Below, piece after piece: positions 38,106 to 50,759 of a DNA stretch of 64,000 nucleotides. The notes under the pieces are model-generated. The model did no database searches. It worked only from the letters and a program-made list of their open reading frames with translations, and had not been told where the DNA came from. Origin of the DNA: Podarcis erhardii (taxonomy: Eukaryota); NCBI GenBank assembly GCA_964252035.1, contig OZ176206.1. The stretch is one strand, 5' to 3'. The first letter of the stretch is position 1. Each line of letters opens with the position of its first letter. Both the position numbers and the translations under genes were made by a program.

Positions 38106-38160
38106 ATGGCCACTTTGGATGCTGACAGAACCACCTCTGCCCGTGTATTCTCATGGTCTG
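38106..38160 (+). CDS. PHKB: PHKB cassette exon 2 coding part (alternative N-terminus MATLDADRTTSARVFSWS-G)
   Basis: gaaATGG start, 18 codons plus G, consensus donor CTG|gtaagt at 38161. Phase 1 joins exon 3 in frame. Same length and terminal SG as the recalled mammalian alternative N-terminus MACSPDAVVSPSSAFLRSG. Acceptor is either AG 38019-38020 or AG 38065-38066. Confidence 0.75.
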
Positions 38161-40773
38161 GTAAGTGTGCTGACCTCTTACAGGTCACTTGTTTTTGTTT
38201 TTAAGGCTTGTGTGTGTTACTGCTTGTTTATGCACTTTTGAATTATTAGCATAAGAAGAGCTATAATGTGTGCTAATGAGGGCTGTGGGTGAGCTTCTTT
38301 GTGCTGGCCCCTTGCCTTTTGGAATGATCTTTCCTCTGAGGTGCATCTTGGGTGCGGACATGCCTCATCTTCCTGGCTTTTGGGAAAGGGTGAGGTATCC
38401 TAGCCATCTGAATTTCTGTTTTTGCTGCTGGTAATATTGGTACAATAATTTAATTTTATACTATGTCTTACATAGTTTTAATTTTAATGTTTTTGGTTTG
38501 GGTTGCATATATTTCCACCCTTGGTCCTTATGGTGAAGTATGAATTATAATTTTTTTATTCAGTCTGTCAATAATAAACATTGTGCCTGTCAATTTTGAA
38601 GCAATTTTGAGCTGCCTTTTGTACTGCCAGGCAGGGTTGGCCTATCCATGAGATGGGATGAAGCAGCTGCCACAGGTGGTAGAAGCCCCCACATTGGCAC
38701 CACTGTGGGTGCCTAACCTGCCCCCTGTTTATGCTGCTGGCAGAGAAGCAGCAGCGGCAGAGGCAGTGTTGGCATGGTGTTGGTGCTGGCAGCGACAGCA
38801 GAGTGGGGGGCACCTCTCATTTCACCTCATGCAGCAAAAAGGGACTTGCTGCGCCTGTCACAGCAATTAATGGTCAAAGCGGTTTTAGTATCACCACCCG
38901 CCTCTACCTCACTCCACAGCCAAGAACCACATGCCCATGATTCCCCTTTCTTCCCATTACTGGGTGCTCCAGGCTTTCAGTTCCTTGTTGGGAGCTATTT
39001 CTACTGACTGTTTATGGCTGCTCTGGTAGATGTTGCACAATTGCTTGTCAATGTGAGATTTGCCAGGGTTTGGCAGTTTGGTTGGGAAATGAGGCAGCCA
39101 TGTAGGAATTTGTGGATCTTGCCCTGTGTGTCTGATCAGATTTGTAAACTTCTTGCAAAAAGAAACTGTCAATGAATATATAGAAGTATCAAGCTACATT
39201 TAAAATAAGGATTTCAGAAATAAGGATGCTTTATTCCTTTCAGCATGCTGAATAATTTCCCCCTTTCTAAGAGAGAGAAATATGATTATTGCTATTGCAT
39301 TCTTAGCCATAATAATCTGAAGCAGCAAGAGCACAAAGTGTTCTGTTCACTTCAGTGGCTACCATCAAGAGAGATGCATCTGGGGGGTGTAGGGCTATCA
39401 ACTACAGAGGTTTGTGCACAGTATGCAAGTTCTTACAGCATTGCTGGAGGTTTTCGAAAAGCTTTAGGTAAAAAAGTCCAAATACATTAATGTTCATTTT
39501 TATAGCACACACACATTGCACTAGCAGGACAAGTTCTCAATCACCTGTGAAGCAAAACCACATGATCAGTAATATAACAATGTTTCTTCTTTTGTGCTCA
39601 TATGCATTGCCACAAGCGGTAATGATGCTTAAGATCATGAGAAGAGCCCTGTGGATAAGACCAGAGATCCTTTCAGTCCAGTATCCTGTTTCCCACAATG
39701 GCCAACACAATGCCTATGGGAAACCCTCAAGCAGGGCATGAGAAAAATAGCCTCCCCCTTGACTTTGCTCTTCAGCTGCTGGTATTCAGTGACATACCAC
39801 CTATGAATTTTGAGGTTCCATCATGGCAAATAGCCAGTGATAAACCTATTTTCCACAAATCTCCATCCAAGCTTGTGACAGGGAATTTCATAATAAAGTT
39901 CTGTGTTATGTGAAGAAGTACTTTCTTTTGTGGCCTGTGTCTCCTTCTAAGTTGTTCCATTGGATGACCCAGAGATGTGGTGTTATGAGGAGGAGGAAAA
40001 CTTCTGTCTAGCCATTTTCTGCATAAGAGCATAGGAAATGGCCATATACTAAGTCATACCATTGGTCCATCTAGTTCAGTACTGTCAGCGCTGACTGTCA
40101 GTGGCTCTCCAGTATCACAGACAAGATTCTTTTCTAGCCCCGCCCTGGGGATGCTGGGGATTGAACCTGGCATCTTCTGCATGCAAAACAGTTGCTCTGC
40201 TACTGAACTATGGTCCTTTCCCCATGCATAATTTTATAAATCACACTAATGTGTCCTAGTTGCCTTTATTTCTAAACTAAAAAGTCATGGTAGTTGTAGC
40301 CTTTCTTCATAAGCTTTATTAAGTTTGTTCTATGAGGCTAGTACAAAATTTCAAAATTAGCAGTGTAATTTTAGACTGTCATTGGAATTACTGTGAGCCT
40401 TGTGATGAAATGATTCATTAGCTGAAATGGTTGGGTCACAGTTCTAGACTGTAAATTGAATTTTGCATAACATACAAGACAGCAGGACTCATTTGCAGTT
40501 GTAGCCTATAACCACACAACAGTTCACCACTCAGCTTTAGCTAATAAGTAAACCAGCCATTTAGGCAATATACAGTAATATCCTTAGGTAGTCATGTGTG
40601 GATGAATTTGCCCAGACATGTAATTATGGGAGGATAACATGCCTTGTCAGGGAATAATGAAGGATTTTACATTATGTTGTCAGAATAGCATGAAAAATGG
40701 AGAGTTATAAACTGCAATTTTAGTTGTTTGGTGAATTCCAGTTTGTTAACATAGCATGTTACCTTTAACAATA

Positions 40774-41099
40774 CAGTGGTGCCTCGCAAGACGAAATTAA
40801 TCCATTCCGCGAGTCTCTTCGTCTAGCGGTCTTTTTGTCTTGCGAAGCAAGCCCATTGACGGCTTAGCGGATTAGCGCTATTAGCGGCTTAGCGGCTTAG
40901 CGGATCAGCTGATAAGCGGCTTAGCGGCTTAGAAAAAGGGGGGGAAAGGGAAAAAAAGTCGGAAAAACTCGCAAGACATTTCGTCTTGCGAAGCAAGCCC
41001 ATAGGGAAATTCGTTTTGCGAAGCGCCTCCAAAACGGAAAACCCTTTTGTCTAACAGGTTTTCCGTCTTGCGAGGCGTTTGTCTTGCGGGGCACCACTG
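40774..41099. mobile_element. Tc1/mariner MITE, second family
   Basis: CAGTGGTGCCTCGCAAGAC...GTCTTGCGGGGCACCACTG, TA TSD, internal (TTAGCGG)-like tandem repeats. Confidence 0.88.
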
Positions 41100-41844
41100 T
41101 AACAGGAAACATTTAAAACTGTGAATACATTTTTAGTGCAATCCAAACCACAAACCACCATACTGGAGGGATTTGGATGGGGCAGAGGTGTCTCTCTGTC
41201 TGACTATTGCTAACCATGCTGGCTTCTGCTGTTATGGAAGATCTTCCATTGACAGAAAACCCTATCAATGAGGAATGCCCCGATGTGCCTGGCTATCGTG
41301 TGGGTGGGTAGAAGCTGGCAGAAAACCTGGAAGATCCTGTGGTGACCCTGCTGCCAGCATGTGATGATAATGGACCCAATCTGAACCTGAGACTGATGCA
41401 GCAAAGGGGCATTTTATTCCTGCTGGTCTATCTTCTGCCCTGGCTGGTCCACGTCCTGGGGCTGTGGATGTGATGCTGATGGTGCCACTTCAGTGAACCC
41501 TGCTGTTGTTGGCCAGATGTTAGGATAGCAGCCTTAGTTTAGTAGCAGGTGATTTTTATCCTCAGTCTTTGATGGCAGACACTGAAGAAAATATGGTTGC
41601 AATTTGACATAATGCTGTGCAGTCACTGTGTGCTGTTGCACAAACCAGCCATTCTCAGCTCCAGCTGTTGATGTGCACAATGGAAATAATAATACTGACC
41701 TACCTTACAGGATATTTTGCAATGATTACAACATTATATATGTGAAGTGCTTTAAACAAGCTATATGTGCTATATACATATTAAGTATGTGATCTAGTTT
41801 TGGGCCTGCTTTTAGGTTTAAATCAGGGCCAGTCATTTATACGA

Positions 41845-43494
41845 TATATGATATCTTTATTGTCATTGTCCCTTGCGGAACAATGAAATTGAAAAACTAC
41901 ATAAAACTACCACAAAACTACATAAATCTACCACAAAACTACATAAAACATTCAAAAACCCCTAAAAACCCTAAAACCCCATTTTAAAATACACTATACT
42001 ACAGAGACCCCTTATGCTGCGTTTAGAACCAGAATTTCATTAGCGTAGAAACTGTTTTTCAGGCAGCTAGTCCTGGCCTTTATAACCCTATACCTTCTTC
42101 CAGAAGGCATAAGCTGAAAGAGATCATTTCCGGGGTGCGTACTATCATGTGCTATCTCTGCCGCTTTCTTATGGCACCTGGCAGCATAGATTTGATCTAA
42201 GGTGGGAAGAGTGCACCCAATAATTCTCTCTGCAGTCTTTATAACCCTGGATAGCATTGTTTTTTCCCTGGCCGTGCAGCTCCCAAACCACACGCACAGA
42301 CCATAAGTTAGTACGCTCTCCACAGTGCAATGGTAGAATGCCATCAACATGTCCTTTGAGAGATTGTATTCTCAGAAAATGTAACCTCTGCTGTGCTCTC
42401 TTCACCAGGTCTTTGCTGTTCTCTCCCCAGGTTAGGTCGTCTCTCAACTCCATTCCCAGAAATCAAAACACTGAGACCTGTTCCACGCACTTCCCCTCAA
42501 TAATAAGTGGCTGAATATTCAATTTACATTTCCTAAAGTCCACAATGATCTCTTTTGTTTTCTTTAAGTTAAGCAGTAAGTTGTTTTTCCTGCACCACTC
42601 CCCCAACTGCTCAACTTCCTTCCTATAGGCCGTCTCCCCCTCTCCAGCCGTAATTAAACCAACCACAGTTGTATCATCTGCGAACTTAATGATCTTATTA
42701 CTGGGGTATTTGGGGGCACAGTCAGCTGTATAGAGCGTGTATAAAAGCGGGCTCAACACGCACCCCTGCGGCGTCCCCATATTTGTGATGAGATCCGCAG
42801 AGACGTGGGAACCCAACCTGATCCTTTGGGAACGGTGTGATAGAAAGTCTAATATCCACCTGCACAAACATGGTGGAAGTCCCAGGTCTAATAATTTGGG
42901 CACCAATCTATGTGGAAGAATAGTATTAAATGCAGAACTAAAGTCTACAAATAACAATCTCGCGTAGTTCCCTTGCTTCTCCAAATGAGTCAGGACAGCA
43001 TGTAAAGCCATTGCCACAGCATCCTCTGTGGATCTCTTTGCCTTGTACGCAAACTGGTAAGGGTCAAGTCCCACTGGCAGACAAGATAAGATGCGCTTCC
43101 TCACCAGTTTTTCAAAACATTTCATTATAATGGGTGTCAGTGCCACAGGGCGAAAATCATTCAGACTGTCTATCTTTGATGTTTTTGGCAGGTGTATAAT
43201 AGTAGCGGATTTCAGACAGGGTGGAACAGTGGCTTGGGCCAGAGACTGGTTAAAAATCTTCGTAAAGATTCCTGCCAGTTGGTCCGAACAATCTCTTAGC
43301 ACCCTGCCAGCCACCCCATCCGGGCCCATAGCCTTCCTCGTGTTTACCTCCTTTAATATTCGCCTCACTTCTCCCTCTTCCACCCTGGCAGCATTTCCTG
43401 TAGGTAGTGACACCAATAGCTCTGGCATCCCTGTTGGAGTCACTGTTGGTGTCACCTCAAATCGGGCAAAGAAGGTATTCAACTCTCCCACCAT
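41845..43494 (-). mobile_element. 5'-truncated Rex1/Babar-clade non-LTR retrotransposon (RT pseudogene plus 3' UTR)
   Basis: 343-aa ORF with KAMGPDG, NDFRPVALTPIIMKCFEKLV, LDPYQFAY, FVDFSSAFNT, PQGCVLSPLLY and KFADDT. Continues through two frameshifts into AQQRLHFLR and FYHCTVESVL...SGRRYR...KNSFY. 3' end has CAATGACAATAAAGATATC (minus strand) and 21-bp tandem repeats. Confidence 0.9.
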
Positions 43495-46232
43495 TTGATG
43501 TAGCTTATCACTTTTGTGTTAAATTATTCAGCTATAATCTTGATAGGTTTTAGGGACAGGCTTGAAATGTTGACAGTTCCTGCTTTAAAGTGTCAAATGA
43601 GGTATACTTGCTGCAACTAGTTACTGTTTTTAGTTGTGACTACAGAGGGACATAAGATCTGTCCCTGTAACAACAAAATTTATAAACCAAATAACAATCT
43701 ACAATGGCTGATATTCAATTAAGTCATATTTAGAGTAGACAATTAAATCAATGTACTCATCATTTAAGTCAGTTGATGTCAGTGGGTCTACTCTTCAGTG
43801 TGACTTAGTTGGATAACACCCAATGTGAACCCTTTCCTGTTTTAGCAGTAACATCCTAAAATAAGCCAGGTACATAAAGGTGGCTCTTCCAGTAGTTTTT
43901 AGGATACTGTAAGACCGCCACAGTTTCAGTCATACACATTTGAGTGTCTGACAGGCGTGAGAAATTTCTAACTTTTTCATATTGCTTGGGGAAGATGTAA
44001 AATGCCTTATGAGAAAAGAGAGCTGTCTTTTCTACACAATTCTTTGTCCTTTAATATGGATATTTCTCATTCTGATCTGTTAATGACCTTACTCTACTGC
44101 AGAGTTTGCTTTCTTAATCTGTGTCATGTCCCCGCTGGAAAAAGGACATCCCCAGCACATAGCCAGTGGGATGTTATGTCCCACTACAGCAACTCATAAG
44201 ATCAGACCATAAACCTGTAAGGTATTACTATAGTTATATGCTACCTTCTGTTGAAGCTGTTGTCACACAAAGGTTTGGTCCATCCCACCAACTTCTGCCC
44301 ACCTTTTTTGTGGGATAGCTTGGCACCGGCACATCAAGGTCATTTGGCATTAGGTTCATCTACCACAAAGCATAGGATTAGGTTTAACTGTCAAAGTCGC
44401 TGTTCTAATGTTTGTTTCTAGAGTGCTTTGTTGCCTCCTGTTGTCCAAGGAGAAATTGCAGCAGATAGTCTGAAAAGACAATGTGAACTGCCCTTGTATA
44501 GCATGGAGCTGTAAATAATGACCATTCAGCAATATTGATGCTACATAAATGGCTTAGGCTATACAGAGACTGAGCAATGAATATTGTGTTGTGCATTAAT
44601 GGTTGCCCAGTAAAATACAGAGCCTCCCAAGTCAATGCCTAAATGCTTTCTAATGTAAAATAATCTTTCTTGGATGTGGCAGCTACTAATCCAGGGCTGT
44701 TTCATCTTCCTGTAAAATGGAGCTGTGTTTCTAAAACATTGTTATTTTGGCAAACTTGCTGTTGGTTAAATGAGAAAATAAGCACAGCACCCTATCAAGA
44801 ATATAATTCTCTGCTTATCTTAATGTTTGCTAATTTGTGAACATTTGGATATGATTTTTTTAATAAACTAGATAATAGCTTTTTCACAACAGAATATGTT
44901 TGAAAGGGGGTGGGTGGGACACATACAGTGCTTTGTAGCAAAACACTGCTTTTTTCATTATATGCCTTCCCTGGCTTATCAAGATAGGCTATGAAAGATA
45001 TTTATACATATCTTTTTCTGCTTGATTTTGCAGTGAAACCATAATCCCATGTTTATGACTTCCATTTGTTGCTATGGAGTAGATTGCAACACTGATTAAG
45101 CGTAATTTTAACATAGGATTTGTTAAGCAGAGAATTTAAGCTGTCTGATCACAGCAACATATTTTGTCCATTTAAAATCCTTTTGAGCAGAATGAGCTGT
45201 CTGGAAATCATGAAGCATATGAGAAATGGATTTGTGTTCTGCTGGTCAGACAAGATATAATTGTTTCTCACATTTGGTTACTTATAAAGAAACACCGGTC
45301 ACTTAATTTGTGTACAAGTCTTAAATTCACATGGTGTTCCCATTTTACTTTTCACTTTTGAAATGGTTGCGAAGCTGGATCAATTATTCTGAAATGATCT
45401 CATTAACTTGTTTCAACCTTGGATTTGTTTACATGATCAAGGGATGAGCCTGAGCTGAGTTAACGGGATCATTAATTTTAACAGCACCTTTGGCTAGCTA
45501 ACCCTGTGAATGGCAGCTGGGATGGTATCTTCAAGGCACCTATAATTCACAATTGCATGCCATAAACACAGGATTCAATCAAGCTGAAAGGATGTTCATG
45601 CATTTAAGAAACCAAACTACTAAGGGGTGTGTGATTACAGGATCCCGGAGTGCACTACATGTGTAACCACACCTCTGGGAGATTTTTGGTTGGGCTAAAA
45701 GGACCTGGTAGTCATGACTGAGCTATCTGCTATGGGCAAAAAAGAGCCATTCCAAGGGCCAGACCAGAGTTATTAAGCTAAAGGTCAGAGCCAATGGAGA
45801 AAACCAGAATATAGCAGAGCCTGGTAGATGGTTGCTACTTAAGCAAAGTCCCAACCAAAACAGGAAGCCATTTGATAGTCCTTTCTGTCTAGGGGGATCC
45901 ACTGGCCAGTCTCTGTGGGTTGAGCCAATCCAGAGAGAACATTACTTCCCAGGAAGATGAGAGTTACTGGTTCTAGTTCCAGCTCCTGATACTGGTTAAC
46001 ATCTTCAGTGTCCCTGGGTAATTTAAAATAACTGATGTGGTAGCTATGTGTTAATAAATAGGAAGCCATCACAGGGCAAGGATTTGGTGTAGTCACATGA
46101 CAAAAGATTTTATCATCTTCCCAAAGAAAGTCTATCATTGTGTTTCATTTTGCACCCCACATTTCAAAGGAATTGCATGAATTTATAAGCGGTGATCTTA
46201 CCTCTTGTTTGTGTTGGAATAAGAATAAATGG

Positions 46233-46991
46233 TGTCAGGGGTTCAGAAGGAGAGACACAGGAGGGGGAGCAAATGGAGAGTGAGGAGGAGGAGTACGAGG
46301 GGGGAGCAGGCAGTGACAGTGGAAAGAGTTATTCCACAAGCCTCTCCAGCGAATCGGAGGACTCACAGAAGGGAGCGCCGGTGGCCAGGGCGAGGGGGGT
46401 TCCAGGGGGGAAGCCCCAGGAGGAAGGGGCCAGCGGGAAGTCCCCGAGCAGCAGTTGGAAATCAGGACCAGCTTCCCCACCAGAGCGCAGTGGGGAGGGG
46501 GAGTCCCAGGAATCGGGACCAGTGCTCTCACCACCAGCGGGAGGAGAGGAGTCAGGTTTGGTCACGCCCACATCAGGAAGCGGGGAAACGGTCAGGAGGA
46601 AGGTTACCGGCTGGGCGCGCGCGCCAAGTTCAAATGTACAGGCGAGCGGCACAGCAGGGAGCCCGGGTAGGGAGCCAGGTCCTAAAGCCCGCCGGAAGGA
46701 AGGGGAAGACCAAGGGGGGTCAGCGTCAGAAGAGTCCAGGAAGGAGGAGACCCCAGAGGGCAGAAAGACCCAGCGAAGGAAAGAACAGCGTAGGAGGTGG
46801 AGCCGGGCGAGGATCTTAAACTGGTGTGGGAGGAGCAGTGAGTCAGAGGGGACTTAGCCGGTCTAGCGTCGAGACGTGGGTCTGCGCGCCCAGAGCCTTG
46901 AAATGGAAACTAAACTTCAATAAAGACTTTGTATATTATATCCACCGGGCGTTGGTCCTCTGTGAGCTGGGATCTAGAGGCAGACCTGACA
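46233..46991 (+). mobile_element. Solo LTR (759 bp), probably Gypsy/ERV-type
   Basis: TGTCAGG...CCTGACA inverted termini. Perfect 5-bp TSD AATGG (46228-46232 and 46992-46996). AATAAA at 46919-46924. GC-rich relative to flanks. Confidence 0.85.
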
Positions 46992-48425
46992 AATGGTCAC
47001 GGTGCTCAAACATTTCCCAGTAGTGGCTTCACTACTGAGGCTGTTTGCATCTTTCCTCTCATCAATATGAGTAATGTCTTTGAACAGAGTGAATGAGGGA
47101 AAGTTTATATTTTAAAGCAAGTTTACATTTAGTCAGAAATTATAACTGGGAATAAATGGCGATATATGATACTTTGACTATTCTCAGCATCTGCTTTGAA
47201 AATCAAGAGGAGACCAGTGTAGACTGTGCACTAGTGCTACATGATTAAAGGAAATTGATGTATTGAATGGACACACTGAAGACTGGTTTCTCTGCTTGAA
47301 ATTTTCCCATTCTCAATATATATAGAGAGAGAGAGAGGGAGAGAGAGAGAATGCTGTGATTGTAACAACAGTTATTTTATTTCTTTGTTGGCTGCAGATG
47401 GCAGATTTCCTGGTAAGTGTATATATTTTGCAATGACAACATTTCTTTTTGTAATCTACTCTGCTACATTATTAATAGGCTTTCTTTAGGACTGTTTTTT
47501 AGGGTGCCATTGTTTGGTATTAGAATAAGACTATCTGGTGGCGAGGTGGAAAAGTACTGTTAATGTTGCATTACAACTTGCATTAGTATCTTTGGTGATC
47601 ATATTTCTTAAATACAATTATAGTTCTTATTTCAGATGATGCCAAGAACAGTTTTTATGTTATGATATGCACGATCCTAATTTACTTTGTGGTCTCGCCT
47701 TGTTGGATTCTGAACTGAAGTTTTGCACTGAACTTCCACAACTATGTTTGCAGACTCATAAATGTGACACTGCATTATAAGTCGCTGCCTTGTAAGGCAG
47801 TTTCATGACCACACTTCTCATAATATTTTGAAAAACAACAACATGAAATGTTTGTATAGGACAAGCTACTTGTGAAATAAACTTGGGACAAATCAGCTTA
47901 CAGTTGAAAACTTAAGATCAAGTTGATTTTGATGTTTTTTCTTCTTTAATGTAGAATGTCTTGTCTGTGTGTTTTTCCAATCTTGTAACTTGGATGGCCT
48001 AAATCTGCTTTTGGATTGTTCAAAGAGCATGAAGGGTTGATTTAATTTATGTTTCCATTGATGCACTATTAGGGCTTATACAGTAATAATTGATTATGTA
48101 CAACAAAATGGCAAGAGGCAAGCTGAAAGTAAGTTAATTTGAGATTCATTATGGGTATTTAATGCACTCCTTAAACCTAGAAAGGAACTAATTAATGCCA
48201 TTTTCCCAAAGCCCTCTTGCATTTTAAACCATCAGGGTTGCAATGCAATGCAGGGCTTTCAGAAGAATGTCTCTTTTCTTGTCTTGCATTACTATGGATC
48301 TAGATTATATATTTCTGCAGAAGATGTACCCTGACATTATTCTCTGTTTTGTTGGGGTGTTGCATGCAGGCCTGGTGGGCAGCAAAGTAAGCTGCAGCTG
48401 TAGGAAGAGAAGGCAGATAGAAATA

Positions 48426-48667
48426 CAGTGGTACCTTGGGTTACATACGCTTCAGGTTACATACGCTTCAGGTTACAGACTCCGCTAACCCAGAAATAGT
48501 GCTTCAGGTTAAGAACTTTGCTTCAGGATGAGAACAGAAATCGTTCTCTGGCGGCGCAGCAGCAGCAGGAGGCCCCATTAGCTAAAGAGGTGCTTCAGGT
48601 TAAGAACAGTTTCAGGTTAAGTATGGACCTTTGGAACAAATTAAGTACTTAACCCGAGGTACCACTG
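48426..48667. mobile_element. Tc1/mariner MITE
   Basis: CAGTGGTACCTTGGGTTA...TAACCCGAGGTACCACTG, TA TSD, internal 16-bp tandem duplication ACATACGCTTCAGGTT. Confidence 0.9.
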
Positions 48668-50759
48668 TAGAAGGAATCTTCCTCCATGGAGCAATGCAGC
48701 TCCTCCTAGGGAATCCCGGGGCAGAATGGGGCAGCAGCCAAGAGGGGAAAGGAGGGAGCTGCCACTAGCTTAAGTAAAACAATAGAAATACTTAACTAAC
48801 TGACCAATCACATTGGTTCTCCCTCCCCCCCCCACACAGAAGGCCTGTCCTCCCTAACAAAGTCCTCCTCCCCTCCCTCCAATAAAAATCCTGGCTACTC
48901 CCATGGGCAACAGAGAACTTACTGTCCAAATGGAAACTCTCTCCCTACAAGAACCTATGGTATATATGGATGTGAAGTCTTTGAAATCCTCTGCTGGTTT
49001 AGAGTAAAAGGCAACTTCCTGCTTCACTGACCTTGGTCTTAGCTCATCTCATTGTTTGGGAAAGAAACATTTGAATTTGAATCCAATTGTATCAGGATAT
49101 TTTGGGAAAATATTTGTGTTTGTTGACTTCATAGTTACTGCTATTTCTTTAAGTGCTTTGTAAGCCTCAAGACCAGAGTGTGTCTTATATTTATATTTTT
49201 ACCGATGCAGCCCCCCTCCCACGTGGGAAACATTAATTTATACACATTTATTGCTGAACATTGCCTGATGTATTTTGGTCTGTAATGCAAATCTGTGAGT
49301 TTCAACTAGCTTCAGATGAATTAGGGCAATAGTGGAGCAAGGCAGGCATGGAGGTCTAAAATGTAAACCCTCAACAGGAGAAAAATGCCCAAGTATGAGC
49401 TCCCCTATGATCTTCAAGTATAAAATCTGAAAACTGTTAAGCAATAGTGCATTCAAGTAAGAGGAAATTTGCAAAATCACCAGCTGGCATGCTATTATTT
49501 TCTTTGTAGATTACACTCAATATCTCAGCTTTACCTGAAATCAAAATACAAATGCCTTCAAATAAACAAATGTATGGTGAATGCACACGTATATTTGTTG
49601 TAGCAAATCATGGCTTCTCAGTGTGTGTAAAAGGATTTGCAACATGATTAACTGCAGGTTTCATATGGTTTTTTAGGTAGAATTGCTCTTTATTATGAAA
49701 CCTCCAGTGGAGGAATGCAGTGGAACCTCCAATCAGTGAACACTCAAGAGCTTGTGTGGTCGAGCAAGCAAACATATTTTAATAAATTAATACAAATCAG
49801 AGGCTTCTGTCAATACCTCTTTTCTTTCATAAGTTCTCTTATAAGACACCATGAAAATGGAAGGTGATGTTTCAAGTTAAAAGGATGCAATTTTCTTTGT
49901 AAGTGGAAGAAGCAGCACGGAGTAATCAAATTAGATACATCAAAGACTTGAGAGTACATGGCTGATTTCCATTATGTCTCATTGATATGGAATTAGTTTT
50001 GTCTAATTTTGAACTGACTCAAGTGCAACCTTGAATACTGAAGTGTGCCTTGACTTTGTTTTCCAGTTCTTTTGCATGTGTGTTTATGGAACTAGGCTGC
50101 ATAGAATAGTGAACAATACTTTCTGTAGAGGTGATAGTGTTAATAGCAGTTGTCCTACCTTTATTTTGCTGAATTCGTTTAGTCAGTAATACAGACTCAT
50201 TTTCTGCTGAATCTTTACAAGGGCTGTTGTTTAATTTGGTGACTTTACTATGTAGCAAACCTTTTCATGTTTGTATTTAGGACTACTCTTTATACATGCT
50301 GACTGCGTAAACTGACATCAGGGTTCATTTTAATTAGAATTAATCAGTTGTGTTCATATTAAATAGTCTACAGGATTTCTCAGTATACAAAGTACTGACC
50401 AGTTTTCCTAACCATGATAATAATAGCAAAAACATGTTTTGTGGCTCCTCTCTCCCTCCCTCCCCCATCAACACGCTAAGTAAATGCAATGTTAGAGCTC
50501 TGCCACTTGTTCTCTTGATCTCAAGTATTGACGTTTTTACAAAAATGTGTCAGCAAGTTAGAGTGGAAATAGATTTTTATTTTTAAAGACATTTGGTTAC
50601 ATTTTGTATAGCTGATTTTTTTTGGGGGGGGGGTAAAGCATTGATAGAAAAACTTGTGACTTGAAACTGTTTTTATGCTGAGAGTATAACATTAAGGAAT
50701 TACTTATTGACTGACAAATAAATGTAAGATGCATACTATATAATTTAACATGTCAAATT

